The notes under the pieces are model-generated. The model had not been told where the DNA came from and searched no databases. It saw only the letters and a program-made list of their open reading frames with translations. A DNA stretch of 64,000 bases from Trichoplax adhaerens (taxonomy: Eukaryota; Animalia; Placozoa): the NCBI RefSeq assembly GCF_000150275.1, contig NW_002060944.1, positions 1,598,911 through 1,662,910 of the forward strand, written 5' to 3'. Positions 18,336 to 31,317 of this stretch are shown here, one piece after another. How positions within the stretch are numbered: the first letter of the stretch is position 1; each line of letters begins with the position of its first letter. The position numbers and the translations under genes are program-made.

Positions 18336-19712
18336 TGAGCGGTCTCTAGATGGATTACTCTTTCGGTCGTCGACAAGCAAACTTTCAGTGATTGTTCTCT
18401 ACACTTAAATATCGCATCACTATCACATTAGTGTTCATTGTTTAGAAGACAGTGCATCATTCTTACTATAACGGGGCAACTATTGTAATTATACAAAGTA
18501 AGAACTGCACTAAGTGTTTTAATCGTGCTAAGATATTGCCTACCAGTGTACGTACTGTATTGGGCGGGTGGGCGGTGGACAAAATAATTTGGTAGAAATT
18601 TGAAACAGGCAAATATTTAGTTAAATGCAGGACACTGGTGCCTACTGCAACTGTGATATATTGTAAAATTACAGGATATTACTACATTACTACGTATTTA
18701 CTGAATTATCTATTGCTATTTCTCTAAATAAATAACAGTATGATAACACCGTAATTATTTACGAAACAACTCGTTACTTTACAAAGTAACGACTGTCTTC
18801 ATTCATGCGATGTATTTTACGGTTTAGAAAAATGCTCTACACTTTTTTATGCAACGGTCGTCAACTTTGCAAGCTTGCTAGTACCAGTTTGGCGGAATAA
18901 GTCTGTACTACAAGCGAGCAAATCAATCACCAATATAATGTCAATTACTAATTCGTTCCTAATAAATGAACAACGATTTTCTGCATCCCTTTAATAATAT
19001 AATTGATTAATAATTACACGCTAGCTGCCAAATAAAATATGAATAGTTTATCAATAAAATATGTCAGGTATAAATCGAGCATTAAAAGCTGTAAAGCCTG
19101 TATTTAAATTGGCATATCCGCTGCTCAGAAATACAATTTATCATTCAGTTTACAATGTAAAGCACAAGCAGGAACAGGAGCCGTGCGGATGCAATATAAG
19201 CGAATATCTTGCTCTAGCAGCGATATGAAGCTATGATTCAAACTTCAAACAGTATGTACATTATTCAGCATTAATATAGATCTCAAATTTGATAAGAAAT
19301 AATCTCAATATTGTTTGGTAAGTGGATGGATAGTTGTATAATATACAAGTATAAAATTTATTTCTCGAAATATTAGGCCCTAAGCCAAGCAGGCCTATCC
19401 CAGCAAAACCATTTGTATTTTATAATACGAGTATAGTAGGATGATTCAAACATATAATTTACCGCATTAGCATTTTAGTTTGTAACATAACAAATCATGA
19501 CTTTTTAAATACTCTCCTTGTTATAAACTATCCCATTAGTATTCACTATTCACAGTATGACCCATACTAAAACTATAAAAACCATGTCATATACGCCAAT
19601 ATTGGAAAACAATTGCAATAGCAAAATAATCAACATTTTAATAGCATGTCTAAAATTAAACGCGCATTAAACTAAAACAACTTAATCGCACGTAATTTCT
19701 AATACTGTAATA

Positions 19713-22700
19713 TCAAACGACAGTTTCTGCGACAACTTTACATTTTGAAATTGTGTAAGAATCGCTTACACTATCGATGCCACAACTTTCTGCGGAATTG
19801 GGCGAAGTGTAATCCTTAGGTTGTTCTATTTTCCTAAAATCATCACTTGATTTCACATTAACCATCTCATTGACATTAGCCTCACTTTTAGGGACTTCGT
19901 TTGCAGTTGATAGTATGTTATTAGCATCAACTGCTCCATTCCATGTTTTCACGAGTGAGGACTCTATCAATTCTGATTTGCTAATAGTTTCATTATTGTC
20001 AGAATCCTCCGAACTTTCAACACAAAAAGATATGACTTTTTCAGTCCAATGAGAAAAAGCTGAGGTTCCAAAATAGTCGTATAGTAAATTGGCGCCAACA
20101 GTGCGTTGGGCATAAAACAGTATATAGGCATCATTCGTAACAATAAAGTCGCTTGAAACTTCCTCAACTCTAGCATCATCAAATGAATACCAGCGTCCGT
20201 TACTTGGATTTCTGCAACATGCCGTATAGTGGCCGCTACCCATGTTTCCATGATGATTGCATACGGCATACAAATCATATATACTACTTTGATGCCTGAA
20301 ATCTCGTTGGTTGCGATAACTTCCGTAACTATGCATATCATCGCTATCTGGCCGTCCGATAAAATCTGACATATCTAGCCCAACAATAGGGAAGCTTACA
20401 ATGTCATGTAATTTGGTAAAATGTGCTCCAATCTATGAATAACAGAAAACATAACTCATATTATTCGTTATAGCTTGACTGGTAATGATAAATATAGACA
20501 ATCCTAACCTGTTTAAACCTCTTCAAATGTACAATCATCACTTCTGGTAATGTCCACATGCTTAATGTCTTTGTTATACCACGTTGAACTTTATGGCATG
20601 CTGAGCAATTCCACTCACTGTCTTCACAAAGCTACATGAAGTAAAAAGTTTATTTTAATCTTTCGTACCAGTGCTATGGCGTAGAGTTATGTAACAAGAT
20701 CAATTACCTTCTCTTCTTTGGTATATATCTTTAAGCAATCATATAACGTAATACTCGAAGGAAAATTCCCCTTCTCAGCAACAGTTATATCCTCTATTGG
20801 TTTTTCTTCAATAACACAACCTATGATTCTAATATGGGTTTCCGAAAATAAATTTATAAGCTCATCCCTTTAATAGATGTAAATCATGCAAGCACAATAC
20901 TAAAATTTAATTACTAACGAAAGATACTTTACGTAACATGCTAATATGTAGTTACTGTCAAGCTTACTTGTCTTTCATTTCAGCGTCCCATTCTATCATC
21001 AATTCAATGTGAGACGGACAATTCTTACATACTGACAGGGCTCTATACAAAAGTAAAAGTCGATCGGATATGTCATGGATAGATATCTAGTCTAAATTGA
21101 AATAATATATATAGATGCACGTATACCTGTCTATAATTTGATTTTGTAAAGGATATTCGTCGGTTTGATTCAATAGGCCCAAATCTTTTGTAGCATTAAC
21201 AAGTCTTAAGGCAAATGGTGGATTATCATTGGAGTACTAATATTACAAAATTGAATAAAGCAATCATGAAGTGATTCAAGAGTAACGTGTAACAACGCTA
21301 TAAATAATAGCGCTTAAAATCGGCAGGCATTGTACAATTTCCAACCTCATAATTAATCCTTTCCGTAAGCGTCTCCGAAATCTTTCGTAAAATAGCTTTA
21401 GCTAGATCTTCGTAACTAATGTTGCGATGACATCGAAAAGCAACAGGTCGGCCAAATCTATGTGAAAAGTACCTAACCTGAGCATTCTATAAACACTAGT
21501 GTGGTGATAGTACTAATACATACAAGGGACCTGCATCAGTTACAATTTTATCCCAGCAATGAATCCTACCTGGTTGCCGTGTATCCACTACCTCTCCTAT
21601 TGATAATAACAATGGCAATCGTTTCTGAATTGTTAACTTCTTGATATGTCTCTTCTGTAGCTTTAGGAGCAATGTTAGCCCGATCTGTTGTTTCCATAGC
21701 GTCATCGATACAGTTCGGAAGCTCCATAATATAGCAGGTATCGTTACTACTAATATCCATCACCAGGTCTTTACTGCTTAATAAACGACGAATCCCATAA
21801 TAATCCACACTAGCCACTAACATTAATTCTGGCTTGATATTCGTCTGCTGGCTGAATATCTTACATAAACTATCAACCGTCTCATCAGGCGATATATCAA
21901 CACCAAAGCGGCAACACTGCTTTAATAAATCGTAGTAAACAACTGTGGCTGACACAAATCGGGTATCACGCTGTAATAGCGGCAATGATACACATAAAAA
22001 TGGGTCAAATGTATTAGACTGTTGATTGCAGGAAGGGCAAGTAAGAGATGACCTCAAATAGGCTTGAAAAGTATCCAACACAAAACTATCATTACATCTG
22101 CAATAGTTAGCTAAAACCTCGGCTGCAACAGCTTCAACCGGGCGACCAACACTGTCCTAGAATGTGACATTTATTGCAACAAAGTTACACAATTCTGATA
22201 AAAATAATGTCTACACATTTGACAGCATTGTTGTTACCCTTACTGATAGTCACATAATCGGAAAGATACCGCGTAACAAATACTGTATACACGCAAAAGT
22301 TTAGTTCGTAATCCGAATAAGTGCTAATGTAGATCAAGTTGATATTGGTGTTTAGTTTATCGTGGTAAATATATGCACACAAAGTCTTACAGACTGTGTA
22401 TCAGTACTTTTTGCATTGCTCTCAATGCCAGTTTGTTGCTGAGGAGCACCTGAGCTAGATAACAGATTGGTTTTCATCAAGAACTATTTTACAATCTTGT
22501 AATTCATGTTCATATATTTGCATCAAGAAAATGCACAATGAGAATCCTTCGAAAGTCTATCGAGACACAAGACTAATTTTTGCCAGGGTATTCAATTATC
22601 GTTGATATGACACGATGAACGAGTCAAAATATGAATAACCTGTTCATAATAAAGTTGGTAGCAGCGTCGGTATTTGTAATAAGTGACAGTACAGTAGAAA

Positions 22701-24823
22701 GCATAAATGGAAGACGAACAGCCTTTACGCTTTCTACAGTAATGCACACATACTTATTTAAAGATGCATTAACACTGAATGAGTACAGAATATGCATGGA
22801 TAAGTGTAGACTGACTAAATGAATTTATAAGATTAAATTAAAAGAAGATTACAGTAAAATTAAAAAGAGCGATAAGAATATAGGCAATTACGCACGATGA
22901 CTACCTGGTAAAATGATCTCAATTATGTCTGATTCTATCGCTATACATAAATAAAATAGATAACTTTGAAGGTAATCGTCAACGAGCATTGACAAGCGCG
23001 TTGCATGAAATCAGATCAAGTCATGGTCTCTACATGAAACATTCTCATCGCTTTTGCATTGCGTGAACAGCACTTGCATACATACAGTATACAGTATGAG
23101 CATATCTGTTGTGACGGGTAGCCTTGATTTGTGCGTATACTGTATAGCTACATAACTCATATACTATAAGATGAGCGAATTTACATTTTACGGAGCAATT
23201 CGTTCGATAAGATCTTTAGCGTTTGCACGTTTTGTCCAACTAAAACAGTGTGCAGAACTTAGCTCTGTCAGCTTCTTGTATTTACTTTACGGTCACTAAA
23301 ATCACTAAAACGGAGATTCCAGATACTACAGTACTGTACAATACTGTACTGTAATGTATGTACTGTGCAATACCGAAAAGTACAGTACAGCCCTGTTGTC
23401 AGCAGGATCGTGTAATGTTATACTGTACACTAGTAGTTAGCGTATGAACGCGGCACATACTGTACTGTACAGTACATTCCAATTTTTCTCCTGCTCTTGT
23501 CAAAATACAAGATTTGCGAACAAGTTTTCTACAATTATAATCAACTTTAAATTTCAATCTATCACTATAAAGTATTAAACAGAATAAGATATCACTAAGT
23601 TAGCATTTTGCAACTCAAGCAGAAAAATTTGGATAACATTCCCTGTGCAAAACTACATTAGTCAGTTGTGCTGTAGCAGATTTCGTTAATACATATATAC
23701 AGTACAGTACATAAATAAATACAGTAACTATAATTCTACGCGTTATACTGTACATCTTCCATTTTAGATTGACAAAACAAAAAATATTTCAAGTGAAACT
23801 CCCTAGCAGGAGCTTCCAATATTTTCGTTGTACCTCAATATACAACGAATGGGCAAGGGATAAAAGAGACTTACTGCTAGTGTTACAGTATTAACTACGC
23901 GTATTAACTACATTTGTGTATTATGGTAGACGCTATCAACTGACCTTGGTCGCTTTGTATTTACTCTTAACAGCACGATTTAAATCTTCATGAATTTTGT
24001 CCAGTAACCACAACAGAAATTCTTGAGCATCATGTTGATTAGAACCACGATACTGGCTACAATATTTACCAACCACAGCTTTAAAATCACTAGACATTTG
24101 TGCATCGTAGCGGCATGTCCACATCCCTTTTAATAACACAGCAATTTGCTCGGTCAATTCACCATTAGTTGTTAAATTTTTCGATTTTTTTCGACGTTTG
24201 ACGTCCATTTTATATTCGCCTAAGACAAAATATTTTGCTAATGAATCTGTATTGCATAAACACTGCACAATGGCATTCATGAAACAAGTGTTGCCATGAT
24301 TTCTCAATCCAGATACACCAGGTACTTTGCCATGGGTTAGGGAGCTAACGCTTGATTGATTTTTACTTTTACTACTACTAGTAGAGCCGCTCGAAGATTT
24401 TCTGTAATTTTCACCACATTGTGAATCATCTAGTCCATTAACATTAGCTGCGATCGTATTCGCCTGATATCCAGAAGAAATTCTGGTGACAGCTTTGACA
24501 ACCTTACCGAGTAAGCTTCGTAGTGGGGTACCAAGTGACCAATTACCTTCATCTTGATTACTGCTAATACCTGTACTACTGCCATGATGACTAGTAGCAC
24601 TATCGTTATCGTCTATCCTTTTACTATTAACTTGAGATTCTTGCTCGGACCGATGGTTGTAATGCTTATTAATAAAGTTTTTATCAGAAGATTTCTTAAC
24701 TGTTTGTTTCTTAATACCACAAGCTACGTTATTCAACAACTGGTCGTCAACACTGGTTATGCTAATACGAGCGCGTCCTCCATGCAACTCGCCTTTTGCA
24801 ACTCCAACTTCACTATTAAGCAT
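19713..24823 (-). CDS. USP31: Ubiquitin-specific protease, USP31/USP43 family, ~8 exons
   Basis: Cys box VPGVSGLRNHGNTCFMNAIVQCL, QHDAQEFLLWLLDKIHEDLN, SSLTCPSCNQQSNTFDPFLCVSLPL, WNCSACHK..WTLPEVMIVHLKRF, His box YDLYAVCNHHGNMGSGHYTACCRNPSNGRWYSFDD. The first ATG is at 24823 (ORF-track 24838 is TTG). It is probably a co-ortholog of vertebrate USP31 and USP43. Confidence 0.9.
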
Positions 24824-25319
24824 GTTTCCTTTATTCAATTTTAGTAGCGATCAATGTGACCAAATGTCACATTAACAACGTTGATGATCGATTAAAATAA
24901 AAAGCTGCTTGTTAATTGAGCAATAAGATAATAGGGATATTTGATGTCGTAGTTTGGGTCAACAAATAAGTAAAGTTTCAATTTTAATCTTAACGAGATT
25001 AACTAAGCTACATACGAGTACATACGAGTACATACGGTGTACAGTCAGTACTCGCGTTATCTGAAAAGAGACGACAATACTTCTTGAAAAACACTTTACA
25101 ATCTTGACTATAGTTTTACAGATTTTAGATCGCTATAGCAATGCAGTCAATGCTATCAGTAAATCAGCCAACGAATGATAAAAATAACATAATTCCTAGC
25201 ACATAAAAGTAAAATTTAAAGTTGAAGTTTAAATTACTTCGAACCAATGATTTACCATATAAATGTCATCTTGTAGGCATTTCGTTAAACTTGGATTGGA
25301 GATTTTCTAAGAAACGCAT

Positions 25320-25895
25320 TTACTGTACTGTATGCTGTACTGTATAGTACCGTATAGTGTACAGTGACAGTACAGTATTCGGTTTACGCCCGCATCGTGA
25401 ATTTTCAATACGGGCACTAGCGAGCGGAGAGTACAGTACGGTAATATGGCAAAGATGTACTGTACAGTACAGTACCGTCGATCAGAAATTTCGACGACAA
25501 AATACTGTACAGTACAGTACAGTACAATATTATACTGTAGAGGTAAAAAACTGGGCAGCATTTTCAGATTGCATAGTAGAATACCTGGTTCTCTCTTCCA
25601 GTAATCCCTGCTGGTGTAAACTTTCCCTAAATTTTAAATTAAATTTTATTTTATCTACTGTACTTTAGTATAGATTAATCGAGAGGTCTTCTTCTAGTAG
25701 TCCATAACTGTACACTGTACAGTACAAAACGAGTCAAAATGTAGTACATAGTCTAGGTTGAAAGCGACAAGTGTTACCATTTAAGCTTCGCTAATTTCAC
25801 TATCATCTACTGCATCTAGTAGTCCATGACAAATTGAGAATATTACTGTACTCAGCTTATCTCAGTAGTACTGTACAGTGTACAAATAGTACAAC
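25320..25895. repeat. (TACAG/CTGTA)n cluster upstream of USP31/43
   Basis: TACTGTACTGTA..., GTACTGTACAGTACAGTAC, TACTGTACAGTACAGTACAGTACA. Confidence 0.8.
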
Positions 25896-27533
25896 ATGCC
25901 GTACAACTAGCGTTATGTTAAAAATGTTCCATATCAATAAAATTGGAAAAAAATGTGACTTAAACTGATGTATAAATCATTGTTGAGCGGGTTGGAACCA
26001 AAGGGTTTGTTGACCCGACCCGCCCAATACTGGTACAAATACAGTGCCAACTAATTATCAACATGTAAAACTTACGGTAATATATAGCTATAATGTATGC
26101 AACATATACACATTTATTTTCTGCAAAACATATCGAGACTTAGTAAACACACTGTACAGTATTAAAATTCCGAAGCGATATTTTACAAACTATGGTAATA
26201 CGGTCGTGTTTATTTATGCTCTATCGACACAACAATGCACTACAGAAATAGTTTCACAGAATTATACTATTCTTTATTTACACAGTACTGTGTACGAGTA
26301 TGCGCTAAAATCATGATTTGGCCTCCTAAAACTGCCCATATACTATATACTATAAAACTTTTCCATCGATTTACTGTATTGTAGAATTTCAGTTATGTAT
26401 TTGCTCTCATTTTTTGCTTTTAGAAACTCAAACGTTCCAACCGCGCAACTAGGTACTATCTAATACTGTAGATAGCTTTTGTCCTTTTGCTCCTTAACTA
26501 TATTAACTGACTCCTGAACTCTACACTAGTGCAACAGTGAAACACCGTACGCAGTTCCAAGCGGCTTTGATGCCAGGATTCGTTGAATAAACTTGTACGC
26601 AAAAAAAGGATTCTTTTAATTTAGTACCGTGTGGATTTTGGTATCTTTTAATAGTGCGTTTACGCAAAGCTAATGATATTCACCTTTACGTTTATATCTG
26701 ATAATTCTTAAAATCATCTGATTGAATATTATGAAAAATATACTTCAACAGTAGTCAAGAGATTTTAAAAATCCTAAACTTACAAGTGGTGCGTCTATAA
26801 TAAAGCATTAGTTCCGTTTATTAATTAATTATAACAATTTTACAATCAGGGTTGAACTAAAAGGTTTAATAAATTCACTAAGATTTGTAAATTAGTAGTA
26901 CGGTGCGTGGAAATCTTTTCCTTGAAGTAAAACAAACTATGCAACTTCGTCTGAACTAACTAGTTAGTTAAATAGCAAAAATGGAGTCTGCATTGTACTT
27001 CAAAGCGAGTTCTATTACTTCTAAAAACTTTATCAGATATTACTAACTGTAAACTATGCGTAGGCAAATCGTTTACTCTTCGATATATGGACAAGAATTA
27101 TTTTTAAGTAATCACGTCATTCGAGGAAGTGGAGCATAACTTTATTTTCGTTCAAATGCGCTATAGTTTCACCGTGTCTATCATTGTATAGCATAACAAA
27201 TTAAATTTTGTTCTCGTAGCGTTGATTAATATCAACCATACATGAAGGCTACACTTGTAAGTGCGCAGATATCAAAACGATTGGGTGTAGAAATTTCATA
27301 TTTGATCATACAACTCGAAAGTTGAGTTTTTGTAACTATGTATAGTTGGATATTCTAGATAGCATACTATCACATGTCGGCAATTAAAGATTCCTAATTA
27401 TGATCATACAGTAGCAAAGTATAACCAATATCTCCATGACGCTTATATTGGTCCACAATAATATAATCTGATATAGAAATTATCTGAGCTGATGGAACAT
27501 GAACTATAATTTGATTGAAATTCCCAGATTTGA

Positions 27534-29891
27534 TTATAATCGCAACTCTTTTAGCCCTACATGATATGTATTTATAGGAGCGAATTCTTAGTCGCAGTCA
27601 CCTGATTTGGTTGCATTAGCAATTTATTTAATTAATTAAAGAACTGAGATAGTTACCTAAGCCAGTCGAATCTTTGATCGCCCAACTTAAACAGTAATGC
27701 TTTAGAAGCTGCACCAAGAGATCAGTTTCATCTAAGAATTCTATTTTTTCGATTCTAGAAGTAAAAATTCGTATATAAGCATTTTCTCAGGTAACCCATG
27801 TATAGTTTAAAGTTATAATTTATAATTTCCTATAGATGAATACACGTTTACCGTTCGATCTCTTCTCTAGGTAACAGTTGATATACTTCAGACATCAGTA
27901 AAGCATACGCATATGTCCACCCAGCATTATAGTACCGTTCCGTCTGCCAAAATAAAATTGAGTATTTAAAATATATATATATACATAATAGTCCCTACAA
28001 GGTTGCAATTCTATATAAATCATGATCACCAGAACTCGCTACGAATATTTAGTTTCTTAAAATACCTGGGATTGTAAAGTTGGACAAGCAGCCACACCCT
28101 TTAGTTCACAACCCCTTGCCTGGTCATTGTATTTTAAACATATCAGTATATAAAGTCCTTCAATTACAATACCTTAGTTCAAATGAGTTGTAACAATTTA
28201 TTTGCCATAACAAAACTTTCAATTTAAACAGCATACTCGCAAATTTTGTAACATGACTTCGCCAAATCGATCGTTTAAGTTTACCTGTAGAGTGCAATTA
28301 ACAGAGATTAAGCAACTATTAATTTATTGGACAGATAATCATGCTACCCAACCGGCTCATAATTGATGAATACTGCATCTAGAAAACGCCTTCCCATCCA
28401 ATTAATAATTTCTTCACTTTTATCTGGTGCCATATAAACTAAAACACACTCCGTAATGCAGATTGTCGGCAAGCTAAAAATAGATTATCAAACAGATTTT
28501 GCTGATAATACCATGGTTCACTATCAAGTTGCTATTTGTATTCAAACCTCTCAAAACACTTGCGGTATATCTTAAATTCTTTAAACAAAGTCAGTATACC
28601 TGTAATCGATTCCAATTTCGTTTAGTCGTTGTTCAAGAATATTAATATAGCGTAGATCACAAGGTATTAAATTATAGTTTTTGGAACGTACGGCATCGTT
28701 TCCTGATAACCCGAAAATAAAATCTTTAGTATTATCAGCAAGGTGAGAAAGAGTTCAGGTATAAGTATAAAACTTTGTAGTAATATAGACATAACTGCGT
28801 AGCTATCAACTTAGAGGAAATCGCTTGCCAACAAAAAAGTTATTAGAGTATTGCAGAGATTACCGATTTCAGAATCTTCGCTGAGAGCTTGATGTAAAGG
28901 TTTTCTGGCCCTTTCAAGAGGGAAATTACAATAACAATATAATTAATCAATTTTAAGCTAAGAATAGACTAAAATTCAATAATATGATAATTGATATCAA
29001 GATCTTGATTTGTTTATGTTGCATAACGCTTTATATTCATACTTGATGTAGGCACACTTTGCTGCAGTTACTTCCGCAAAGTCCACTTCGATGTAATTCA
29101 ACGGTAGATTGTCTTCTTCCTGAATATTTATAGCGCAAAAGTGACAATTAAAAAAATTTCCTAAGTACTCTCGATGAATTTAAGCATTACAGCTGGACTA
29201 TATATGAAATTATCACCTGGAGATTCCAAAAATTGGTATCGAAACCTGCTCCAAGGCTGATGACCTGGCAATTATTTGCAGTAGTCTTCAGGAACATCCT
29301 GAGTAAATCTCCTACGGCTTTTACTCTAGCATAATACCCTATATTTAAACGATATTATGTTACCAATCAATCTACATGGACACAGAAACGTCATCAGTGC
29401 AAATACGGATTACCGCACCAGTGAGTCTAATAAGTACTGATTATTGACTGCATAAAAAATTTGTGAAACAACAAATATGTACCACGATTAATCTCTGGTG
29501 TTTTTCTCGAACGATTGCGAGACATCAGGTTGACGAACCTATCCTTCCAATAACCGAGTTGAACTGCGAAGCTTTATTTTTTTATTAGCATACAAATAAA
29601 AAATCAGTCGATTAAATTAAGTTATAATCAACGGTAAATTAAATTGAATTAAAATTAAGTTCTAATACAATAACCCTATCTATCGTACATTTTACGAATC
29701 AACTAATACATGTATGTTGCGGTATCATGGTATCATGCACTGTTTTAAAAATGAACTACGAAGAATAGATGTCAATTATATGAAACTTATACATAATCTT
29801 GCATAAGAGTAGGGTATGTATCCATTAATCAATACCTCTTGCACATTGTAGCATCGTCATTTGTTGCTCGAACAGCTTGATCGTCAGACAT
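27534..29891 (-). CDS. LCMT1: Leucine carboxyl methyltransferase 1 (PP2A methyltransferase), ~12 short exons, not seen in ORF track
   Basis: Spliced exons MSDDQAVRATNDDATMCK / RFAVQLGYWKD..KTPEINRG / YYARV..QVISLGAGFDTNFWNL / YIEVDFAEV / LIPCDLR / LPTICITECVLVYM..FINYEP / VNLNDRFGEVMLQNL / IEKIEFLDE..HYCLSWA / GLKELRL*. Confidence 0.93.
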
Positions 29892-30139
29892 TTGTATTAT
29901 TGGATATCCAGTATGGTATAAAAATTAGGAATGCATACAGTAGTATGCAATCTTGCACAGTCTAGTCTGTATGCTCTATAATGATGCTTATAGCACCCGT
30001 TTTAAAATTTCATAGCCGCCATAGTTTACTCCTCTAACTGTAAGTAAACTTAATCAAAACATTCGCTGTCGTGTTCAGCGCAAACTTTCTTAGTCGATCG
30101 GGGACTTCTAAAAATTATAGTCACTGCTTTTAGTTTGAC

Positions 30140-30475
30140 TACAGTACTGTACTGTACCCATTAAATCATTGATTCGTATCACTGTACTGTACAGTATAGT
30201 ATAGTAGTGCAGGAAGGACTGTACAGTGTACAGTGTACAGTACAGTACAGTACAGGTACAGTACAGTACAGTACAATGGCACAGGCTTGCGGTACTGTAC
30301 TGTACTGTACTGTACTGTACCTTGCTATAAACTGTACTGTACTGTAGTGACCAGAGAAATTCATGGTAATGTACTGTACTAAGACCTGAGGAAGGTTCGG
30401 TTCAAACCATTATGTACAGTACAGTATGTCTGTACTGTATGCTACTGACTGTGAACTGTTTGTTATTCGTACTGT
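30140..30475. repeat. (TACAG/CTGTA)n cluster in LCMT1/MXRA7 divergent region
   Basis: Longest pure arrays in the window: (GTACA)n at ~30220-30275 and (TGTAC)n at ~30292-30321. Confidence 0.88.
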
Positions 30476-31137
30476 CCTCGGCCAAAGACTCCAAAGTGCT
30501 ATTTAGTTCAACGTTAAATAAATATAATTTAATGTAAATTTTGGGCTAAATATTCTGCTATCATATCTAGCATTCTTAACTTTAAAATTATGTAAAATTT
30601 GCTCCTTAATTAATTACATACATTATAGACCATTTTGATGTCGATGTGACATGTTTGATATATAAAAATCGTATTATTGCATCCTATTCCTATAGTATTA
30701 TTATACATTGCATTGCCTGTATGAGACAGAATCCTAATTTAGTTCCATGGAAAGAGTGTTACTAAAATTACATTCCGGTTTTCCCTTTCTTACCGTAACT
30801 GTGGATTGAAGAGGACAGATTCTATAGATTCTATCATAGATTCTACTGTACTAAATACTGTACATACGAGTATATGAGTGAAAAATAGCGAAGCCATTCA
30901 AGAATCTTGATGTTTGACACTGTAATGTTATAAAATTTGGAACATAAAAGTGTACTATTGCAGTAAATATAAGTTCTTACCTTCACCATTAGTGTTTTAA
31001 AATCATCAAAGCACTAATAAAAATTCATTGATGCGTGCATTGTCATTATAAATTCTGTACCGTGCGGTATTGTTCCTGTACATAACAATGTTTACTATAA
31101 TAATCACGGTAGAATCTTGTATTGTACGATTGCAAAG

Positions 31138-31162
31138 TATATATATATATATATATATATAT
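31138..31162. repeat. (TA)n microsatellite
   Basis: About 12 TA units. Confidence 0.9.
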
Positions 31163-31317
31163 CTCTTCTTCTTTTCCAGTAGTCACTGGCATGGCAAAGT
31201 ACTGCCAAAAACAAAGTTGTTCATACGTAGTGTTAAAATAAAAATTAAATTTACTGTATAAGAGTACATTTACGCCAAGTGTCACCAGCGTGAGATTCGA
31301 CTTGTAATAATTATAAC

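Noticed and set aside
15296-24844. Antisense or alternate-frame ORFs 15296-15538, 19870-20052, 19967-20341, 24554-24844 (also 51213-51602, 53719-53913)
   Set aside because: Shadow ORFs of real coding exons with no recognisable motifs.
30140-30475. Repeat clusters as a CRISPR array or telomeric repeat
   Set aside because: Eukaryotic context, 5-bp unit, no constant repeat/unique spacer periodicity, not TTAGGG.
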